A DNA stretch of 20,000 bases from the IMG/VR virus record IMGVR_UViG_3300025151_004056. One strand, written 5' to 3'. The position numbers and the translations under genes are program-made. Below the pieces are notes generated by a model. That model was given only the letters and a program-made list of their open reading frames with translations, was not told the DNA's origin and did no database searches. Source of the stretch: an uncultured virus (IMG/VR IMGVR_UViG_3300025151_004056). Lineage: Duplodnaviria > Heunggongvirae > Uroviricota > Caudoviricetes. Numbering within the stretch: position 1 is the first letter of the stretch; each line of letters starts with the position of its first letter. Below, piece by piece: positions 9,196 to 16,871 of the stretch.

Positions 9196-10298
9196 TTTTT
9201 CGGCTTTGCTTTTGCTCTAGGTTTTCTTGTTGCCTTTGGTTTTGCTTTTGGTTTTGCTTTTGGTTTAGGCTTTGGTTCTTCTTTTGGCTTAGGATTGTAT
9301 TGCTCCTGCCAGTATGCTGAATTCTGTAGCCAGTTAAAGTATATAACTAAGCCTTCATTTAAATTAGTTACAGGGTTATAATCAAAATCTTTTTGTGCTT
9401 TTTCGATACTTAAAGATCCTCTACTAGGAAAATCTTTGTCTTTTTGTTTGACTTCGATATTTCCTTTTCCTACAATCTGTTTAACCATTGTTGCGGCATC
9501 ATAAAGTGTTACACCTTTTGACTTAGTAAGATTGTATGTTTCATTCTTTGCTTTATCACTTGTAGTTGCTTGAACAATACCTGTAGCAACATCATTAACA
9601 AATGTAAAGTCTAGTTTCTCCATCTTACCATTGACAACAATCTTTTCGTCTGTAATTGCATTGTGAAAGAACTTAGAGATAACTCTGTCACAGACATCTA
9701 AGGGCCCGTAGACAGCACTAGGACGAATGATAGTATGATTTAAGCCGTATTGTCTTGTATAGTCTTGTACAAGCAATTCTCCAGCATACTTCATAATTGC
9801 GTATTGACCTTTCGGTGTCACGTCTTCCCATTCTTCTACTCCATCAGAAAAATCTCCGTACACCATTGATGAACTAATGTAACAAAAACGATCTACTCCT
9901 GTCTTTCTACTCAGTTCTAATAGATTTAACAATCCTTCACTCATTACTTTTGAGCCTGATGTAGGGTCTGAATTAACTACCTTTTGTCTTGGGAAACTTG
10001 CAAGATGAATTACAGCATCAAACTTTTCTTTTTCAAACAGAGTACTTAACTCAGGATTAGCAACATCAATTGTGTAGATGTTTAACTTTACTGATCCTGT
10101 CATTCTGCCTGCAATGCCATAAAATCTTTCTTTCATTACAGCATCTAATTCTTGTGCATCGATTAGACCGTAATCTGTTTTGGTATCTAAAATAGCAACA
10201 TCATGTCCTTCGTTAATAAGTTTAACTACGACATGGGCACCGATAAATCCTAATCCACCGGTAACACAAATGTTTAATTTTTTCTTTTCTGATGCCAT
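9192..10298 (-). CDS. NAD-dependent epimerase/dehydratase (extended SDR) with a Lys/Pro/Ala-rich C-terminal tail
   Basis: TGGLGFIG Rossmann motif, VIHLAS, SSSMVYG, catalytic YxxxK (YAIMK) and RPSAVYGP. Confidence 0.93.
   Translation of the reverse strand: MASEKKKLNICVTGGLGFIGAHVVVKLINEGHDVAILDTKTDYGLIDAQELDAVMKERFYGIAGRMTGSVKLNIYTIDVANPELSTLFEKEKFDAVIHLASFPRQKVVNSDPTSGSKVMSEGLLNLLELSRKTGVDRFCYISSSMVYGDFSDGVEEWEDVTPKGQYAIMKYAGELLVQDYTRQYGLNHTIIRPSAVYGPLDVCDRVISKFFHNAITDEKIVVNGKMEKLDFTFVNDVATGIVQATTSDKAKNETYNLTKSKGVTLYDAATMVKQIVGKGNIEVKQKDKDFPSRGSLSIEKAQKDFDYNPVTNLNEGLVIYFNWLQNSAYWQEQYNPKPKEEPKPKPKAKPKAKPKATRKPRAKAKPKK
9195..9293 (-). repeat. Low-complexity tandem repeat encoding PKPKEEPKPKPKAKPKAKPKATRKPRAKAKPKK
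   Basis: Degenerate 6/12-nt units (tttggttttgct-like on the plus strand) at the 3' end of the epimerase gene. Confidence 0.8.
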
Positions 10299-10301
10299 AA
10301 T

Positions 10302-10559
10302 TTACTCGTATTTTAGTTTCCAATATGTAACTTCTTTGTCTGTGAAGTATGCCTTTATCGTATATTTATGTCCCATATAACTCGGTGAATTACTTCTTAC
10401 CCACTTAGCAGTTGGGTTGCTATTCTCCATAACATACTTGCCGGCTTCTGTTTGTTGCCATTCATATATAGCAGGTGCTACCATCAGATCAGGATCTTCA
10501 ACATCACCCATATTAATCTGATGTACATCTACTTCAATTGCTTCCCATTCTTCCTTCAT
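10302..10559 (-). CDS. Small hypothetical phage protein
   Basis: 85-aa ORF on the coding strand, ending FTDKEVTYWKLKYE. Confidence 0.75.
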   Translation of the reverse strand: MKEEWEAIEVDVHQINMGDVEDPDLMVAPAIYEWQQTEAGKYVMENSNPTAKWVRSNSPSYMGHKYTIKAYFTDKEVTYWKLKYE

Positions 10560-10566
10560 ATCTATA

Positions 10567-10595
10567 AGTGTACGTTATACAGACTCATTTTGCAA
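10567..10595 (-). promoter_or_regulatory. Putative sigma70-type promoter; transcript probably leaderless
   Basis: TTGCAA-17nt-TACACT-7nt-ATG(10559), with no Shine-Dalgarno sequence. Confidence 0.5.
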
Positions 10596-10613
10596 ACTTA
10601 TTGGAAAGATTTC

Positions 10614-11315
10614 TCACAACCTATCATCATATTGACTAATGCTAGGAATACCCGGGGGAGGGGGTGTAGTACCTAACATGTCATGCATAGGGAATATATC
10701 AGAAATAACTTTTGCTACAGCATGAGCAATTTCAATATGCTCTTTTTGTGTACCATTAGCACCACGTAATTCAATATAGTGTACCCAACTGCGTAAGGTT
10801 CCATTTACATACATTCGACTTATAGTATTTCCTTCTGGTAGTACTGCTCTTGCTTGTTCTTTAGCAATTCCGTTGCTTATAGCCCATCTGTATGCGTCTA
10901 AGGATGCATCGATGACACTACGTTGCTTGTCTTCCCACATTGCTTGTAACTCTACATCATCAGTAACCACACTGTTCTGTCTATTCTTAGGGTCTTGCAG
11001 TCTTGCTTCACGTATTTCAAAGTCTAACTCGTCAGTAGGGTCAGCATAACGTTGACTGAACTCCTGAAAAGAAAATGATCTATGACGTAAAATCTGTCTA
11101 GCAATATCACGTGTAGTTTCAATCTCTAAACATGCTGATACCATTTCAAGTGGTGACCAGTGTTTGTGTTTCATCAAATACTTTACAAGTTTTTCACTTG
11201 TTTCTTTGTTGTTTTGATTATCTGGATTGCTTACTCTTGCACAGTATGCAACTAAATCTAATGCTGACTCATTAAAGTCCGGTGCTTGTGAATGACTAAT
11301 TAGTTTAACTTTCAA
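10614..11315 (-). CDS. thyX: FAD-dependent thymidylate synthase
   Basis: ThyX motif RHRSFSFQEFSQRY, plus HWSPLE and KEQARAVLP. TTG start with Shine-Dalgarno AAGGA. Confidence 0.96.
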   Translation of the reverse strand: MKVKLISHSQAPDFNESALDLVAYCARVSNPDNQNNKETSEKLVKYLMKHKHWSPLEMVSACLEIETTRDIARQILRHRSFSFQEFSQRYADPTDELDFEIREARLQDPKNRQNSVVTDDVELQAMWEDKQRSVIDASLDAYRWAISNGIAKEQARAVLPEGNTISRMYVNGTLRSWVHYIELRGANGTQKEHIEIAHAVAKVISDIFPMHDMLGTTPPPPGIPSISQYDDRL

Positions 11316-11339
11316 GTTTGATCCTTATTATAATAGAGT

Positions 11340-11359
11340 GAAGGGACCGAAGTCCCTTC
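11340..11359 (-). terminator. cUUCGg tetraloop hairpin (terminator or RNA-stabilising stem)
   Basis: Minus strand GAAGGGAC-TTCG-GTCCCTTC forms a perfect 8-bp stem. There is no clear U-tract, so termination is uncertain. Confidence 0.6.
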
Positions 11360-11376
11360 TATAGTTTACAGAGATT

Positions 11377-11679
11377 TTATAGACCACTTAGTAGTTTATC
11401 TGTTTCAGGTTGAACTGCATCTGCAATTCTTTCTATATTAAGAATAAAATCTATTGATAAGATTTCATCTTCATACTCCTCTAACAGTTTACCAACTATA
11501 ATTTCTACTGTTTCGGTGTCAAGTCCTTGTCTTAAGAACTTTTCAATGTTAATGGTTTTTTGCTTACGTCCTGTCATTCGTAAGACTAGTTTCTGCAAAA
11601 ATTCTACAGGTATTTTATGTTTTTCTACATCTTCTAGGAGTCGTTCCCAGTCCTGTATTGAACGAGATTTATCTCCCAT
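11377..11679 (-). CDS. Hypothetical phage protein
   Basis: 100-aa ORF with Shine-Dalgarno AGGAGG. Confidence 0.8.
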   Translation of the reverse strand: MGDKSRSIQDWERLLEDVEKHKIPVEFLQKLVLRMTGRKQKTINIEKFLRQGLDTETVEIIVGKLLEEYEDEILSIDFILNIERIADAVQPETDKLLSGL

Positions 11680-11693
11680 CGGAGACCTCCTTG

Positions 11694-12377
11694 TTATTTT
11701 GCGGCTGTTTTCTTACGTGTTGCTCTTTTTGCAGGTGTCTTCTTTGCTGGTTTCGGCATCATTGCTTTTGCTTCTTTCATCAACCTTTTAGACTCGGCAA
11801 TTAGACCCTTGGCTTCTGCTTCCATGCGTTCTGCTTGTGCCATAAAATCTCTTGCTAGAACATCGTCATTCATTGCCATGTTAGGGTCAACAACATTAGT
11901 CCCCATAGTAGGCTCAGGTCTTACTTGATCTCCAATTAGACCTTCTTGTCTACGTCTGACATCTGCTGGATCTTGTAATCCTGCTGATGCATCTGCTTCT
12001 GCAAGTTTGCGAGTTGCTTCTTCGCCTGCTTTCATTTCACCTAAGATTTTATTCAACTCATCTAAACGAATTGATTGATTAGGACCCGGTGTCATTACAA
12101 CATCTTCTGTTCTAATCTTCTTAAGCATTCCTTCTGAGTGTAATACTTGAAGGATACGATCACCTGACTTAGTGTATTGTCTGTTCAACGCATCAGCAAG
12201 TTCTTCACTATTCTGACCGATATCACTTTCAATAGTTTCCATCAATGGATCGTGGATATTTTGATTCAACAATTGTGTATATGCTACTAAACACATATGT
12301 TCTTCATTTGGTACTTCACGGAAAATCACTGCGACTTTACGATCACCGTGTTTTCCTACGTGTCTTAAAAAACTCAT
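11694..12377 (-). CDS. Hypothetical phage protein with a C-terminal coiled coil and basic histone H1-like tail
   Basis: 227 aa, Shine-Dalgarno AGGAG, TAAATA at 12417-12422 upstream. Ends PKPAKKTPAKRATRKKTAAK. Confidence 0.85.
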   Translation of the reverse strand: MSFLRHVGKHGDRKVAVIFREVPNEEHMCLVAYTQLLNQNIHDPLMETIESDIGQNSEELADALNRQYTKSGDRILQVLHSEGMLKKIRTEDVVMTPGPNQSIRLDELNKILGEMKAGEEATRKLAEADASAGLQDPADVRRRQEGLIGDQVRPEPTMGTNVVDPNMAMNDDVLARDFMAQAERMEAEAKGLIAESKRLMKEAKAMMPKPAKKTPAKRATRKKTAAK

Positions 12378-12457
12378 TATATAATTTCTCCTGTAAGATT
12401 TTTACATTAACAATAATATTTAATGCGAAATGAAGTGATGAAAATATTTTTAGAGGT

Positions 12458-12616
12458 TTAATTTGCCCGTTTTATCAACTTGGCATGTTTCTTGTTAAAC
12501 TTCTTTTGTTTTTTCTCTGGTAAAGGATGCAGTAAACACTTACCACATTTGGTTCCTATAAGATGGTATCTGTCTAGTTCACCTTCTCTTACGGCGTGAC
12601 AGATACATTTAAACAT
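12458..12616 (-). CDS. 52-aa Bfd-like [2Fe-2S]/metal-binding mini-protein (absent from the ORF track)
   Basis: Manual translation MFKCICHAVREGELDRYHLIGTKCGKCLLHPLPEKKQKKFNKKHAKLIKRAN, with CxC...GTxCGxC. The ATG immediately follows the upstream TAA. Confidence 0.65.
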   Translation of the reverse strand: MFKCICHAVREGELDRYHLIGTKCGKCLLHPLPEKKQKKFNKKHAKLIKRAN

Positions 12617-12874
12617 TTACGACCAAGTAAGTTCAAATTGAACTGCTTCTTTTGGATCTTCAAACGCAAATGTCTTTTGATAGTATGACATGAAATCATC
12701 GTTATCGAGGTTTACGTTACTGGCTATAGCAAATCGACCATGCATTCTTTCTAATACCCATTGCATGTTTTCTCTGGTAGCACGTGTTTTTACTATCGTA
12801 AAATGAGCAGGGATTTGATCAGTCAACATACGATTGTTGTACCAAGTATCTAAATTGATGTCTTCAAACTTCAT
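12617..12874 (-). CDS. Small hypothetical phage protein
   Basis: 85 aa, 4-nt overlap with the upstream gene, ending FEDPKEAVQFELTWS. Confidence 0.75.
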   Translation of the reverse strand: MKFEDINLDTWYNNRMLTDQIPAHFTIVKTRATRENMQWVLERMHGRFAIASNVNLDNDDFMSYYQKTFAFEDPKEAVQFELTWS

Positions 12875-13053
12875 ACGATGTGTTGCTCCCTAGATTTTTT
12901 AGCAGTATGTATTTTACCGCTTTTGGTTTTATACTCACCAGTGATACCCTTAGTACCACCACTATCATTTAATAATAAAGTAACGATAGCAATCAAACTT
13001 GACATTATTCCTGCGGTTAATAATATTAAAAACGTTTTTGTGCCACCGTCCAT
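12871..13053 (-). CDS. Small protein with one N-terminal transmembrane segment
   Basis: 60 aa; hydrophobic FLILLTAGIMSSLIAIVTLLL followed by a basic tail; coupled to both neighbours. Confidence 0.65.
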   Translation of the reverse strand: MDGGTKTFLILLTAGIMSSLIAIVTLLLNDSGGTKGITGEYKTKSGKIHTAKKSREQHIV

Positions 13054-13346
13054 TACTTTCTATCCTCACTTAAATTATAAACAATCTCTACTTGTTCTAA
13101 TAACTTACTTAGAGCAGGATTATTTTTAGAAACTTCTAGTATATTTCTATACATGTGCCATCTTTCAAAGAATTTCTTTTCTTCCAACATTTCTGGGTTT
13201 TCGTAAACCTTTTTTCTTTGTGACATTTCATGTACACCTAACGGTCTTGCATACACTGTGTTGCCTCCGTCTGGTGATTCATAAATGAACTTATCCTCTG
13301 GGCCTGCATTAGCAGGCCTGTGAGGTTCCAAATGATCTTTGCTCAT
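13053..13346 (-). CDS. Hypothetical phage protein (YESPDGGxTVY motif)
   Basis: 97 aa with a 4-nt overlap with the vWA gene. Confidence 0.75.
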   Translation of the reverse strand: MSKDHLEPHRPANAGPEDKFIYESPDGGNTVYARPLGVHEMSQRKKVYENPEMLEEKKFFERWHMYRNILEVSKNNPALSKLLEQVEIVYNLSEDRK

Positions 13347-14635
13347 GCGGCCTGTTTGTGTTTATGCTCATCATAGATTGCCCATGTGCCGAAAGGGGGA
13401 TTCGGCTCAGGGTCACCATGAATGATCCATGTAGTGTCGCAATAGTTTTCATCGCCCCAACTACCAAACGGGTAACCATCTGTGAATACGATTAGACGAT
13501 TGGGTACACGACCTTCACGTTTCAAATAGTTGAAGATACAATCAAAGTCAGTACCACCGCCACCATAGATTTCGTAGTCAGTGATTTCATCTAAGTTATC
13601 ACTGTCGAATGTCTGTGGATTGTAGACTTCTGTATCGAAACAATGTACATGAATTTTGTAGTTAGTAAACGTCTCCATGATACCTTGAATCTCTGAAAGG
13701 AAAAAGGTTCCTTGCTCAGAACCAATAGATCCTGACATATCTAAGAACACATCAACATCAATCATTTCACCTGGAGTCATACCTGGCATGATTGCATCCT
13801 GATGCCAACCCCTACGAGAAGGCTTAATAAATGAATAGTCGTTGTTCATTGTGCTAGTCAAATTAGACTGAATGATATCGTCCCAGGGCATGACAGGAGC
13901 AGTTAAGTCTTTAACTAGACGTTCAACACCCTTGGGTAATGAACCTGCTTCAGCGCCTTGTGCGGCGTTGATGATTGCTTCTTTCATCTCCTGCTTGAGA
14001 GCATCCTTTTCTTCTTTAGACATTTTGACTGGGCCGGGCTTGTCACCATCTTCGCCGTCGCCATCACCAGCACCTGCTGAGTCACCATCAATATGCTCAT
14101 CAAGTAATTGGTCAAGCAATTGCTCAATATCAATAACTTCTGCATTTTCATACAGAATGTCATAGACTTGCTCTGCTGACATACGGTCATACTTGTAGTC
14201 ATACAAGCAAGGAACAGTAGTGATGAACTCACCAATGTTGTGATTTTTCAAATCTGCGTTGACACAATAGTCATCAGCAATGTTCCATAGTTGAGGATCC
14301 CTAGTACCTCTACGATCCATATGATCATAAACTACGTGGAGTACCTCATGTGCTACAAGAAATTCTACTTCCTTCTTCTTTAGCATCATAATGAAACGTG
14401 CATTGTAGTAAAAATGCTTACCATCAGTTGCGGCAGTTGGACACCATTCATCAGCATTGATGAGTGTCAAACGTGTAGCAAGATTACCAAAAAATGAATG
14501 TCTGAGTAACAGAGCAATACGGGCAGTGATAAGACGATCACGGGCTTGTGCATCTACCTGAGGGTCTGTAGGACCTACTAGATGCGCCAGTTTGCTCTCT
14601 TTGTCGTTGTTAGTTGTTGTAGAATTCTTAGTCAT
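13343..14635 (-). CDS. DUF2201-type protein: N-terminal HExxH metallopeptidase-like domain plus C-terminal vWA domain
   Basis: TAATDG, AHEVLH, WNIADDYCVN; MIDAS DMSGSI, GGGGTDF and VFTDG. Adjacent to the AAA+ ATPase. Confidence 0.9.
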   Translation of the reverse strand: MTKNSTTTNNDKESKLAHLVGPTDPQVDAQARDRLITARIALLLRHSFFGNLATRLTLINADEWCPTAATDGKHFYYNARFIMMLKKKEVEFLVAHEVLHVVYDHMDRRGTRDPQLWNIADDYCVNADLKNHNIGEFITTVPCLYDYKYDRMSAEQVYDILYENAEVIDIEQLLDQLLDEHIDGDSAGAGDGDGEDGDKPGPVKMSKEEKDALKQEMKEAIINAAQGAEAGSLPKGVERLVKDLTAPVMPWDDIIQSNLTSTMNNDYSFIKPSRRGWHQDAIMPGMTPGEMIDVDVFLDMSGSIGSEQGTFFLSEIQGIMETFTNYKIHVHCFDTEVYNPQTFDSDNLDEITDYEIYGGGGTDFDCIFNYLKREGRVPNRLIVFTDGYPFGSWGDENYCDTTWIIHGDPEPNPPFGTWAIYDEHKHKQAA

Positions 14636-14667
14636 GTGTCAGTTCCGTTTCTCAAAAGTATTTAATA

Positions 14668-14696
14668 ATTATAGCACCTTTGGGGAGACATGTCAA
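14668..14696 (-). promoter_or_regulatory. Consensus sigma70 (early) promoter for the vWA gene
   Basis: TTGACA-TGTCTCCCCAAAGGTGC(17)-TATAAT. Confidence 0.85.
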
Positions 14697-14698
14697 GT

Positions 14699-14747
14699 AA
14701 AAAGTTTGGGAAAGTGTAAGGAATGTCTCGGACCTTACACTCTCCCA
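14699..14747 (-). terminator. Rho-independent terminator after the AAA+ gene
   Basis: TGGGAGAGTGTAAGG pairs with CCTTACACTTTCCCA (15-bp stem, one G-U), 11-nt loop, followed by AACTTTTT. Confidence 0.7.
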
Positions 14748-14758
14748 GGTCAGCAATT

Positions 14759-15856
14759 TTAGTTGCCAGCCTCAACAATGTAGTTACCATAACGTTTATG
14801 GAAGTCATCAAAGTTCTTCAATTGAGAAGGTTCGATTGGTAACTTGTAAGTTTTCAGTGCAACTTTTGCACCCATGACCACTAACTCTGTTTCAAAGTTA
14901 GCCATGATGTAGCCAAAGAAGTTGTCGCACATTTCGTGGAACTTCTTGTTATCGACCTTATCAGTCTCAAGGGCACTCTTAAGTTCATAGCACATTGAGA
15001 TAGTCAAAGAATACATTGCAGAGATTTCTTTGACATCTAAGTCCTTGACTTTACCTGACAAGATATCAGATGGGTTGGGCATTTTACTAGCAATCTTACG
15101 ATGTGCTACAAACTTAGTAGCAAGACCCTCACCAACAGTACCTGCGACTAGATTGTAAAGAGTCTCAGGATCCATATCGTCCTCTTGCAGTAACTGAGAT
15201 ACGAATGTCCATGTACGTGGGGTAGCAAATGCACGTGAAGAAGACTTAGCATCGAAATCATACAAGTCCTGCTTTGCAAATGACAAGTAACCAACTACGT
15301 CCTCATGCACTTGATTTTCAATAGCCCAGTTCTGCCAAGAAGCAAAGTCAGGACGCATTTCTAAGTGAATGAAACGATTAGCAAGGGGCATCGGCATACG
15401 ATATGTAACACCCTTGTCAGAGTCCCTGTTACCTGCGGCAACAATATGAACATTCTTGGGCAGAACATACTTACCAACACGTCCATTAAGAACAAGTTGA
15501 TAACCTGCAGCCTGCACTGCTGGTGGTGCTGAGTTCATTTCATCTAAGAAAAGAACAATACATGGATACTGAGAAGCAAGTTCTTCAGTTGGAAGTTCGA
15601 TTGGGGGAGCCCAATCCATAACTCCTAATTCTTTGTTGAAGAAAGGGATACCTCTGATATCAGTAGGCTCCATCTGCGCCATACGCAGATCAATCATATG
15701 ACCACCTAACTCGTTAGTGATCTCCTCGACAAGTTCAGACTTGCCAACTCCGGGAGGTCCCCACAAGAATGATGGACGATTTGCTTTCATAGCCGCTTTG
15801 ATCGCGGGCTTTGCTTGTTGACTTGTTACAGTCAGATTTTCAGTTAATTGAGACAT
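14759..15856 (-). CDS. MoxR-type AAA+ ATPase
   Basis: Walker A GPPGVGKS, Walker B VLFLDE, sensor I AAGN and arginine finger LANRF. Next to a vWA partner. Confidence 0.92.
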   Translation of the reverse strand: MSQLTENLTVTSQQAKPAIKAAMKANRPSFLWGPPGVGKSELVEEITNELGGHMIDLRMAQMEPTDIRGIPFFNKELGVMDWAPPIELPTEELASQYPCIVLFLDEMNSAPPAVQAAGYQLVLNGRVGKYVLPKNVHIVAAGNRDSDKGVTYRMPMPLANRFIHLEMRPDFASWQNWAIENQVHEDVVGYLSFAKQDLYDFDAKSSSRAFATPRTWTFVSQLLQEDDMDPETLYNLVAGTVGEGLATKFVAHRKIASKMPNPSDILSGKVKDLDVKEISAMYSLTISMCYELKSALETDKVDNKKFHEMCDNFFGYIMANFETELVVMGAKVALKTYKLPIEPSQLKNFDDFHKRYGNYIVEAGN

Positions 15857-15891
15857 TTTTTAACTCCGTTCTTTTATTGAATATACTGTAT

Positions 15892-15920
15892 ATTATGAAG
15901 CCTTTGGTCCGTAATGTCAA
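15892..15920 (-). promoter_or_regulatory. sigma70 (early) promoter for the AAA+ ATPase
   Basis: TTGACA-TTACGGACCAAAGGCTT(17)-CATAAT, with an A/T-rich upstream region. Confidence 0.8.
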
Positions 15921-15970
15921 GCCTTTTTGCAAAAATAATTGAAATTATTTTGCCTATAAGAATCAACAAC

Positions 15971-16243
15971 TTAGTCTCCCTCAGGTTCCATAAGGGTTAA
16001 CATTAAGATATATTTCTCTATCATATCGCAGTTTTCTTGTATTTTTGCTCTATAATCGTCAGCGGCCTGCCAATTGTTACGTTGTCTGCATCTGACTTCT
16101 ATAGTAGACAATTCATCTACCATGGGCACAATGTTGTTCCATAGTTTTCTCATATCATAATTAAATGATAGAGATCGAATTTGTTTCTGAAGTGAATCCA
16201 AATACTGTCTGGCTTCGATTGCGTTAGAGAATTTCTCATTCAT
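15971..16243 (-). CDS. Helical hypothetical protein; start revised to ATG 16243 (MNEKFS..., 90 aa)
   Basis: The track's TTG start at 16279 is the -35 box of a consensus promoter. ATG 16243 is in frame and lies 7 nt after the TATAAT. Confidence 0.7.
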   Translation of the reverse strand: MNEKFSNAIEARQYLDSLQKQIRSLSFNYDMRKLWNNIVPMVDELSTIEVRCRQRNNWQAADDYRAKIQENCDMIEKYILMLTLMEPEGD

Positions 16244-16250
16244 ACCCATA

Positions 16251-16279
16251 ATTATACGACCTTTGGGTATGAATGTCAA
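16251..16279 (-). promoter_or_regulatory. Consensus sigma70 (early) promoter
   Basis: TTGACA-TTCATACCCAAAGGTCG(17)-TATAAT. Confidence 0.85.
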
Positions 16280-16286
16280 CCTTTAT

Positions 16287-16871
16287 TTAAGGTTTATCGT
16301 ACCAACGTATATAGATCATTGTTACAGCATTGTTGTCGTTTTGATAGTACTGATGGCCTAGATTCATATTATGGGCAAACAATTTATTATTAGTCAAAGT
16401 TTCTCTTACGCCTCTCTTCCATATATCTGGCCATTCATCTGCGTATGATACTTGAAATTCTGAATTTACGTCAGCATCACTTAAAGTAAAAAATGTAATC
16501 CATTGTTTAGTAGGATCGTCAAAGTTCTCTATAGGATTGTAATCTTTATGCCAACGACCTGAGTCATGCATCGGGTCTATTTGATTGTCTATTAGTACTC
16601 TGTAATTATAAATGACTGGACGTTTTAAGTAAGGCTTTAATTGTAATTGAATTAAATCGATTAGTTCTCCCATAGAGTCAGGAAGCAATCGTTTGACTAT
16701 TGAATTGTCATCATATCGATTATAAAGAGTAGGGTTTGTTTTGTCTCTTAATAGATCGCCTTCTGGATTAATTAAATATCCAGGGTAGTCTACGAGTGGT
16801 TTGTCATCTGATACACGTTGTAAGAGATCAGCATTTAAAAATTGATCAGTAAAGAAATACTCGGTGTTCAA
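16287..16871 (-). CDS. Putative 2OG-Fe(II) oxygenase-like protein
   Basis: HxD motif in GRWHKD, a distal His (NLGHQ) and a beta-strand-rich C-terminal half. The assignment is tentative. Confidence 0.55.
   Translation of the reverse strand: MNTEYFFTDQFLNADLLQRVSDDKPLVDYPGYLINPEGDLLRDKTNPTLYNRYDDNSIVKRLLPDSMGELIDLIQLQLKPYLKRPVIYNYRVLIDNQIDPMHDSGRWHKDYNPIENFDDPTKQWITFFTLSDADVNSEFQVSYADEWPDIWKRGVRETLTNNKLFAHNMNLGHQYYQNDNNAVTMIYIRWYDKP

Noticed and set aside
9195..9293. CRISPR-like or diversity-generating repeat
   Set aside because: The units are short, degenerate and in frame, with no spacers; no reverse transcriptase or cas gene is in the window.
13984..14235. Alternative-frame minus-strand ORF inside the vWA gene
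   Set aside because: Fully nested out of frame, with no supporting signal.
16244..16279. TTG start of the 102-aa ORF
   Set aside because: The TTG is the -35 hexamer of a consensus promoter.
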